Shown piece after piece: positions 25,644 through 32,000 of a DNA stretch of 32,000 bases. The DNA comes from a bacterium (lineage in GTDB: Bacteria > Hinthialibacterota > Hinthialibacteria > Hinthialibacterales > Hinthialibacteraceae), in the NCBI GenBank assembly GCA_963662285.2, contig CAXXMV010000008.1, forward strand, positions 750,083-782,082, written 5' to 3'. A program made the translations under genes and the position numbers. The notes under the pieces were generated by a model. That model saw only the letters and a list, made by a program, of their open reading frames with translations. It did not search any database and had not been told where the DNA came from. Numbering within the stretch: position 1 is the stretch's first letter; each line of letters opens with the position of its first letter.

Positions 25644-26468
25644 TTATATAAGCGCTTTGAGATGTTTAATGCTGCGTTCGGCCTGCTCGACCGTTCCGCA
25701 TTCAACCGAGAAGACGATATCACGTTCAAGTTTCTGGCATATTTCTACCACCTTAGCCCAATCAATCACGCCATCACCACAGGCGCAGCCCACCGGCGTA
25801 CCGGAAACCTGCCCTCTTTCCGCTTCGGATTGTTGGATGGAAATGTCCTTGGCATGCAGATGAATCAAGCGGTCAGCCACATGTTCCAACCATGCGATAG
25901 GATCCTGACCCGCTATATAGGCGTTACCTGTATCAAAATTAATGCCTATGGCTGGCGAATCAACCAGTTCATACAACCGGTCCAGTCCATCAGGCGTCTT
26001 ACTATATTGCTGATGGTTTTCGATGCCGATTTCGATGCCGCGCGGTTCAGCAACTTTGGCCGCTTCTTTTAAGACATATTTCATTAAGACATGATCTTCT
26101 TCGACTGTAGTCCAATCCGATTTGGGACCCTCATCAGAATTAACGATAGTAGTTCCAATTTCTGCCGCAAAACGGATGGCTTGCTTCAGATATTCCGTAC
26201 TGATTTCCGGTTTACATAACGGTGAATGGCCTGATAAACTGCAAACGCCGATGCCCGCTTTTTTACATGCATTCTTTATACGGTAAGGATCATCCAACAT
26301 CGAGACGCTATGAAAATACCCCGCCTCACTCAACAGCTCGCGTCCCCAATGCACCATTGGCTCCACAAAATCATAACCCAATTCGGCGGCCTTCTCGACG
26401 CCCCACTCAAACGACTTGTCCGCACTGCGGACAAACTCCATATTTACGCTTAAAGATATTTTTCCCAT
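25644..26468 (-). CDS. Sugar phosphate isomerase/epimerase (xylose-isomerase-like TIM barrel)
   Basis: 274 aa with the family-typical pattern ...GYDFVE...IENH...NFDTGNA...HLHAKD... Confidence 0.8.
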   Translation of the reverse strand: MGKISLSVNMEFVRSADKSFEWGVEKAAELGYDFVEPMVHWGRELLSEAGYFHSVSMLDDPYRIKNACKKAGIGVCSLSGHSPLCKPEISTEYLKQAIRFAAEIGTTIVNSDEGPKSDWTTVEEDHVLMKYVLKEAAKVAEPRGIEIGIENHQQYSKTPDGLDRLYELVDSPAIGINFDTGNAYIAGQDPIAWLEHVADRLIHLHAKDISIQQSEAERGQVSGTPVGCACGDGVIDWAKVVEICQKLERDIVFSVECGTVEQAERSIKHLKALI

Positions 26469-26647
26469 ATCAATAATCTCCTTTCAATTCAGAATCATAC
26501 TCAATAGTATTAAAATTAGGTTGAACAAGATCAAACAACACGCAACACCCATATTCTTGCGTTATTGTTACATTAATGATATATTTTAGTCTACCCTGTG
26601 TCGTCTGTTTTTCTTCAGTGAAGGATTTTAAACATCCGGTGACCAAC

Positions 26648-27676
26648 ATGCCCAAGCATCCCTATATATACCAGGAACACGGAAACACTTATCAAGCAGA
26701 TACTTGCGAAGACCTCAGCGCAGCGGTTCAAGCGGGAAACGTGCGGCTTGAAGCGCTGGCGAGGGGCAGTTATCCCGGCCAAAGATTAGAACATCTCACC
26801 CTCCCCGGCATAAAAAGCATCGGATTCTGGGACGCCATTGGACCGCAAACATGGGGACTCGATTGGCACCGCAATGAAGGCATCGAACTGACTTATCTTG
26901 AGACGGGCAGTTTTTGCTTCTCAGTCAACGCTCATCAACATAGGCTCAAACCGGATGATTTAACCATCACCCGTCCCTGGCAGCCCCACCGCGTCGGCGA
27001 TCCATACGTTGAAGCGGGCAGACTCCATTGGATCATCCTTGATGTGGATGTAAGACGCCCTAATCAGGACTGGAAATGGCCCAAGTGGCTCATCCTGAAA
27101 AAAGAGGACATCACCGAACTGACCAACTTACTACGCCATAACGAGCAGCAAGTCTGGCGCTCCACATCCGACATCAGGCATTGCTTCAAAAAAATCGGCG
27201 CCGCCGTCGAGCAAGACCGTAACGGAAATCAAATATCACGCTTAACCGTATACATAAACGAACTATTCCTCCATCTTCTCGAAATGCTTAGAGAGAAGAA
27301 CATTGATCTCAATCCATCACTCTCCAGCACTCACCGGACAGTGGAACTATTCTTCGGAGACCTGAAATCAAACCGGGAAACGCTCTGTGAACCCTGGACA
27401 GTGGAAACCATGGCTCAACAATGCGGCTTGGGCGTCACCTCGTTTGTGCACTATTGCAAACATCTTTTCAACACGACGCCTGCGCAATACCTTAACCAAT
27501 TAAGAATCGAAGCGGCGACCAGGCAATTAATCGATAATCCGCGATTAAGCATAACCGAAATTGCCTATTCTTCCGGATTCTGCTCCAGTCAATATTTCGC
27601 TACCGTTTTTAGGCGGCATACGGGTTTCAGTCCCAAAGAATTCCGCGAACTCTATATCTCAAAGCGAAATATTTAG
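26648..27676 (+). CDS. AraC-family transcriptional regulator (cupin-like sensor plus dual HTH)
   Basis: The C-terminus reads MAQQCGLGVTSFVHYCKHLFNTTPAQYLNQLRIEAATRQL...ITEIAYSSGFCSSQYFATVFRRHTGFSPKEFR. I prefer the ATG at 26648 (MPKHPYIY) over the track start at 26576. It is divergent from the sugar-isomerase operon. Confidence 0.85.
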   Translation: MPKHPYIYQEHGNTYQADTCEDLSAAVQAGNVRLEALARGSYPGQRLEHLTLPGIKSIGFWDAIGPQTWGLDWHRNEGIELTYLETGSFCFSVNAHQHRLKPDDLTITRPWQPHRVGDPYVEAGRLHWIILDVDVRRPNQDWKWPKWLILKKEDITELTNLLRHNEQQVWRSTSDIRHCFKKIGAAVEQDRNGNQISRLTVYINELFLHLLEMLREKNIDLNPSLSSTHRTVELFFGDLKSNRETLCEPWTVETMAQQCGLGVTSFVHYCKHLFNTTPAQYLNQLRIEAATRQLIDNPRLSITEIAYSSGFCSSQYFATVFRRHTGFSPKEFRELYISKRNI

Positions 27677-27717
27677 CAAAATCCGAATTGGGAATTACAT
27701 TATTTTCAAATCCCACT

Positions 27718-27745
27718 TTATTACGTACACGTAATAATATATAAT
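27718..27745 (+). promoter_or_regulatory. Perfect 9+9 inverted repeat abutting a TATAAT box upstream of the MarR gene (candidate autoregulatory operator and promoter)
   Basis: TTATTACGT-ac-ACGTAATAA spans 27718-27737 and TATAAT spans 27740-27745. An AAGG SD and the ATG at 27764 follow. Confidence 0.4.
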
Positions 27746-27763
27746 ATAAGTAAGGCATAAAAA

Positions 27764-28261
27764 ATGAAAACACAAAATAACCATATTTGTAACGATGTAC
27801 TTATTGCAATAAGAAAAATCACCCGGGCGATCGATATTCATTCAAAAGATTTGGTACGGAATTATGGAATAACCGGGCCGCAATTGCTTTTAATGCAGAA
27901 TTTGAAAGAAAACGGACCGATTAATACAGGTGAAATTGCAAAACAAATACATCTAAGCAATGCAACTATAACAGATATCATAAATAGGCTGGAAAAACGC
28001 GCTTTTGTTGAGAGAACACGTAATAAAAATGATAAAAGACAAATTAACGTTTCATTAACTTCATTGGGGAATGTAATACTCCAGAATGCGCCATCTCCTT
28101 TGCAAGAACGCTTTATTACTGAATTTGACAGACTTGAGGCTTGGGAACAAAATTCCCTGCTTTCTTCCTTGCAACGAATCGCTTCAATGATGGAAGCTAA
28201 AGAAATTGAGGCTTCACCAATTTTGTTGACGGGGCCAATTACCGAATACGAAGATGATTAA
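27764..28261 (+). CDS. MarR-family transcriptional regulator
   Basis: 165 aa. The winged-HTH pattern is GITGPQLLLMQNLKENGPINTGEIAKQIHLSNATITDIINRLEKRAFVERTRNKNDKRQ. Confidence 0.85.
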   Translation: MKTQNNHICNDVLIAIRKITRAIDIHSKDLVRNYGITGPQLLLMQNLKENGPINTGEIAKQIHLSNATITDIINRLEKRAFVERTRNKNDKRQINVSLTSLGNVILQNAPSPLQERFITEFDRLEAWEQNSLLSSLQRIASMMEAKEIEASPILLTGPITEYEDD

Positions 28262-28302
28262 ACAATTTTGCTTATAAATACTTTGTGTACAAATGAAATG
28301 AA

Positions 28303-29148
28303 ATGAAATTCATTATCATAAGGAGTAATAAAATGATTAAGAGCAGTGAGATAGACATTGAACCCGATTTATATCTTCAAATCAGTGATGATATAAATGT
28401 CGACTTTCCAGAAAAAGGAAAAAAATATTCTCAGGATGAAGAGTTTTGTATAATTAATTTAGATGGTGTGGAAAAACGCGTCCGGTTCCACGATTATGAC
28501 GAAGTCTATTCGATACCCGGACTATATGAAAAGATTTTTTATGAATATCTCCAATGTTGTTCGCATAAGACAGTTTGCGACCTTTTTTTTCAAGAATTAA
28601 AAAAACATCATTACTCCGCCAACCAGTTGCGCGTACTTGAAATCGGCGCTGGCAATGGAATGGTAGGAGAACAACTCCAGAAATCCTTCGTTAATAAGAT
28701 CATTGGCATAGATATCTTGATCGAAGCCAAATTGGCCGCTTATCGTGATCGTCCAGAAGTGTATGATGATTACTATGCAATTGATTTAACCGAAATACCC
28801 CGCCAAATTGAAGAAGAAATCCTGCAACACAATTTAAACAGCATGGTATCCGTCGCCGCTCTGGGATTTGATGATTTACCTCCCCTGGCTTACGCCAAGG
28901 CCTTCAATTTGATTTCAGAAAATGGATGGATTGCGCTTAATATCAAAGATGAGTTCTTAAGCGAAAAAGACGAATCTGGTTTCTCTAAATTGATCAAAAG
29001 AATGATTAAAGAAGAGATTCTCACCATTAACGCCCAAAAAAAATATCAACACCGCTTAGCCACAGATAATTCGCCGCTTTATTACTACGCCATAATTGGA
29101 CAAAAACAAGCGGATATTCCACTAGAATTATTATCCCGGCTAACCTGA
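28303..29148 (+). CDS. Class I SAM-dependent methyltransferase
   Basis: Motif I is VLEIGAGNGMVGEQL, followed by IIGIDI. The start could instead be the ATG at 28333. Confidence 0.7.
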   Translation: MKFIIIRSNKMIKSSEIDIEPDLYLQISDDINVDFPEKGKKYSQDEEFCIINLDGVEKRVRFHDYDEVYSIPGLYEKIFYEYLQCCSHKTVCDLFFQELKKHHYSANQLRVLEIGAGNGMVGEQLQKSFVNKIIGIDILIEAKLAAYRDRPEVYDDYYAIDLTEIPRQIEEEILQHNLNSMVSVAALGFDDLPPLAYAKAFNLISENGWIALNIKDEFLSEKDESGFSKLIKRMIKEEILTINAQKKYQHRLATDNSPLYYYAIIGQKQADIPLELLSRLT

Positions 29149-29159
29149 ATTCAAAATCT

Positions 29160-29921
29160 ATGATCAGATTATCAAATGTATCCAAATCATTCGATGACGG
29201 AGACCATTATGCAGTCAAGAACATTTCTCTGAATATTCAAAAAGGGGAAACCTTAGTACTATTAGGATCTTCAGGGTGCGGTAAAACCACCACCCTGAAG
29301 ATGATCAACCGTTTAATTGAACCTTCCGGTGGATGCATAGAAATTGATGAACGCGACGCGGCAACCATTGACCCTATCGAATTAAAACGTTCCATAGGTT
29401 ATGTTTTCCAGGGAATCGGGTTATTCCCTCATTTATCTGTTGAAGAAAATGTTTCAATCGTTCTTCGTCTTATGGGAAAATCCAAAAGCGAAAGAGAAGC
29501 GTCTGCACAGGAATGGCTGGAAATAGTCAGTCTGGATCCCGGTCTATACGCAAAACGTTATCCGCATGAATTGTCTGGTGGACAACAACAGAGAGTAGGA
29601 GTAGCCCGCGCTTTAGCCGCCAATCCAGATTATCTTCTTATGGACGAACCATTCGGGGCCTTGGACGCCATAACTCGCGATGCCTTGCAACAAGAATTGT
29701 TAACCATAAAAAACCGGGTGGCCAAAACCATTGTTTTCGTAACCCACGATCTTTTTGAAGCCCTGACATTAGCTGATCAAATCGCTGTAATGAATGATGG
29801 GATAATTGAACAAGTCGGCCATCCCGATGAATTGATGCAATCTCCAGCCACCAATTTTGTATACCAATTATTTGAAAAACCAGGAAGGCAACTAAGGTTA
29901 TTACATGAGAACAATCGATGA
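29160..29921 (+). CDS. ABC transporter ATP-binding protein (Opu-type osmoprotectant importer)
   Basis: Walker A is GSSGCGKTT, the signature is LSGGQQQRVGVARAL and Walker B is LLMDEPFGALD. The stop overlaps the permease start (ATGA). Confidence 0.9.
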   Translation: MIRLSNVSKSFDDGDHYAVKNISLNIQKGETLVLLGSSGCGKTTTLKMINRLIEPSGGCIEIDERDAATIDPIELKRSIGYVFQGIGLFPHLSVEENVSIVLRLMGKSKSEREASAQEWLEIVSLDPGLYAKRYPHELSGGQQQRVGVARALAANPDYLLMDEPFGALDAITRDALQQELLTIKNRVAKTIVFVTHDLFEALTLADQIAVMNDGIIEQVGHPDELMQSPATNFVYQLFEKPGRQLRLLHENNR

Positions 29922-30556
29922 ATGATTCCCTTTACCTTTTCCTTTTAAATCACTTGCCTGCTTTGGGTCAAAAAACCATGGAACATTTTATCCTCACCGG
30001 GATCGCCGTATCAGGCGCTATTCTGATAGGCATCCCCTTCGGAATATTGGCCTCCAGACGCATCATGGTAAGGAAAATTTTCTTCACCATCGCAGGAATA
30101 ATCCAAACGATTCCCAGCCTGGCTATGCTGGCTTTTTTACTGCCCTTCTTAGGTATTGGCGTTATTCCCGCTATTGTTGCTCTGATATTATATGCTTTGC
30201 TGCCTATCTCCAGAAATACCTACACGGGTATCACTGAAATCGATCCCTCGATCCTAGAGGCATCCGACGGATTAGGTTTTTCCCATAATCAACGATTATA
30301 CCTGGTAGAAATCCCTATCGCTTTACCGACCATCATTGCCGGAATTCGAACAGCAGCGGTTATCTGCGTGGGAGTTGCAACTCTCTCAGCATTTATCGGC
30401 GCAGGCGGATTGGGTGATTTTATCAACCGCGGGCTTTCGATGAATAACACCCGCTTAATTCTACTGGGCGCCATTCCTTCCGGTATCATGGCCATCGCCC
30501 TGGATATAACTATAGGAGCAATTGAACATAAGTTTTCTTGGAAAAATAAATCATGA
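29918..30556 (+). CDS. ABC transporter permease (BPD/Opu-type)
   Basis: 212 aa and polytopic. The EAA-like loop is EASDGLGFSHNQRLYLVEIPIALP. It has 4-nt overlaps with both neighbouring genes. Confidence 0.9.
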   Translation: MNDSLYLFLLNHLPALGQKTMEHFILTGIAVSGAILIGIPFGILASRRIMVRKIFFTIAGIIQTIPSLAMLAFLLPFLGIGVIPAIVALILYALLPISRNTYTGITEIDPSILEASDGLGFSHNQRLYLVEIPIALPTIIAGIRTAAVICVGVATLSAFIGAGGLGDFINRGLSMNNTRLILLGAIPSGIMAIALDITIGAIEHKFSWKNKS

Positions 30557-31458
30557 CGCCCAATATAAATTTGATTAAATCACTCTGGTCTGGAATTATA
30601 TTATTTGGTTTTTTCTTAACGCTGCATCAATGCGGAGCAATTGATAAAGAAAAGACGCTGGTGCTGGGATGTAAAAATTTCACCGAACAGATCATTCTCG
30701 GAGAGATCATTGCTCAGGCGATTGAAGACAATACCGATTTATCAGTGATGCGTAAGTGGAATCTTGGTGGAACGATGATTTGCCATCAAGCTTTAATATC
30801 GGGCGAGATCGATCTTTATCCTGAATACACCGGAACCGCTTATATCAATATTCTTAATAATCAACATATCAAAGATGCCACTGACACATATCAAATTGTT
30901 CAAAGCGCTTACCAGAAAAAATTTCAGTGTAAATGGCTGCCTCCATTCGGCATCAACAATACCTACACCATTACCGTTCGTAAATCTGATGCTATCCAAA
31001 GAAAATGGCGAACCATCAGTGACCTTAAACTGGATTCTATAAATTTATCCGCCGGATTCACCTCTGAATTCATGGTGCGTCATGATGGCTACCCCCAATT
31101 AAAACAAAAATATAATCTAGATTTCGCTAAAGTTGTTGATCTCGAACCGGGATTAATGTACCAGGCTATCGCCAACAATAATATTGATGTTATCTGCGGC
31201 TTCTCAACCGATGGCCGGATTCCCGCATTTGATTTAGTCTCCTTGAAAGATGACTTGCATTTCTTTCCTCCATATTATGCAGCGCCTGTGATAAGATTGG
31301 ACGCTCTGCAAAAACATCCTGAACTCAAACAAATATTTGATAAATTATCTCATTCCATTGATAACAAAAAAATGCAAGAAATGAATCTCCTGGTTGACGA
31401 AAAGAAGATCAATCCCACAATTGTCGCCCAAAATTTCCTGCAAGAATTTAACTTCTGA
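30553..31458 (+). CDS. Glycine betaine/choline-type ABC substrate-binding protein
   Basis: 301 aa with an N-terminal hydrophobic anchor. It matches the OpuBC/OpuCC-like pattern: GCKNFTEQIILGEI...GEIDLYPEYTGTA...DGYPQL...DLEPGLMYQAI...IDVICGFSTDGRI. Confidence 0.8.
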   Translation: MTPNINLIKSLWSGIILFGFFLTLHQCGAIDKEKTLVLGCKNFTEQIILGEIIAQAIEDNTDLSVMRKWNLGGTMICHQALISGEIDLYPEYTGTAYINILNNQHIKDATDTYQIVQSAYQKKFQCKWLPPFGINNTYTITVRKSDAIQRKWRTISDLKLDSINLSAGFTSEFMVRHDGYPQLKQKYNLDFAKVVDLEPGLMYQAIANNNIDVICGFSTDGRIPAFDLVSLKDDLHFFPPYYAAPVIRLDALQKHPELKQIFDKLSHSIDNKKMQEMNLLVDEKKINPTIVAQNFLQEFNF

Positions 31459-31661
31459 AACAAAAAAAAGTTGCCCATAGGTTGATACCACATTCACAAA
31501 CCTTCTGAATGATTTATAGTTAAAAGGTTAACATAATATTTTCATCTTTAACACTCATTCAAATATCTCCAAAATGGTATATAATCTATCTATGCAAGCA
31601 ATATGATCAGATCAAATATATTTTAGAATACACCAAATCAAGTGTAACGTTGTGATCCATC

Positions 31662-32000
31662 ATGAATATTAAAAACAAGAACGACTGGTGTTTCAGGTTT
31701 TTTAACAATCCCGATTACCTGGACATCTACCGCGACATGACCGGTCCAGCCAGAACGGATCAGGAAATCGATTTCTGCTCTAAAGTACTACAGTGGAAAA
31801 AAGGCCAGGCAATCCTTGATTCTCCATGCGGCGCGGGACGCCATTCATTTGAATTATCCAGACGCGGCTACAGCGTCACAGGACTGGATTTCTCCTCATA
31901 CCTTCTGGAGCAAGCCCATAACAATATTCAGCAACTCAATGGAACAAGACCTGTTTTCGTCAGGGGTTTACTTCAACAACTCCCCTTCCCAGAAGACTCA
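31662..32000 (+). CDS. Class I SAM-dependent methyltransferase, 3' end outside the window
   Basis: Not in the track because it is open to the window edge. The ATG at 31662 gives MNIKNKNDWCFRFF...ILDSPCGAGRHSFELSRRGYSVTGLDFS (motif I plus the acidic post-I residue), 113 stop-free codons to the edge. Confidence 0.7.
   Translation, partial: MNIKNKNDWCFRFFNNPDYLDIYRDMTGPARTDQEIDFCSKVLQWKKGQAILDSPCGAGRHSFELSRRGYSVTGLDFSSYLLEQAHNNIQQLNGTRPVFVRGLLQQLPFPEDS

Noticed and set aside
25613-25729. N-terminal 39-aa extension of the DUF6807-like ORF in the track
   Set aside because: It overlaps the upstream gene by 86 nt and lacks an SD. The internal ATG at 25612 has an AAGGGG SD and begins a clean signal peptide.
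26576-26647. N-terminal 24-aa extension of the AraC ORF in the track
   Set aside because: The extension is Cys/Phe-rich and lies in the divergent promoter region. The ATG at 26648 (MPKHPYIY) is a more plausible start, though this is not proven.

Overview
All domain calls below come from motif recognition by eye, not database searches. This is a bacterial window; I cannot place the taxon. The left ~23 kb is an accessory island. It ends at a tRNA-Arg(UCG) gene (23177-23250, minus strand) with an adjacent tyrosine integrase and excisionase, a few small phage-like ORFs, a 5'-truncated IS21 (istA'/istB) and two further decayed IS fragments.

The island carries what look like nucleotide-signalling conflict (defence) modules:
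(i) A tightly packed plus-strand four-gene operon (7013-18710): a Zn-ribbon-TIR-NACHT-TPR protein; a predicted pseudokinase-TPR protein containing a perfect 204-bp in-frame tandem duplication; a RelA/SpoT-type synthetase fused to TPR, a SLOG/LOG-like domain and a RyR module; and a canonical Nudix hydrolase.
(ii) A divergent minus-strand pair (6128-3328): a degenerate-Nudix/cupin protein translationally coupled to a 2TM-Rossmann-RyR membrane protein.
(iii) A partial DUF4062(TIR-like)-STAND-TPR gene (2971-1, minus strand) that is absent from the ORF track because it runs off the window.

Both arms therefore repeat the same triad: a TIR-like STAND sensor, a RyR-module protein and a Nudix protein. 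I do not recognise this as a described system, and it is my main candidate.

The right ~9 kb looks like ordinary chromosome: a Tat-exported Gfo/Idh/MocA oxidoreductase, a DUF6807/PmoA-like protein, a sugar-phosphate isomerase TIM barrel, an AraC regulator, a MarR regulator, two SAM methyltransferases and an Opu-type glycine-betaine/choline ABC importer.
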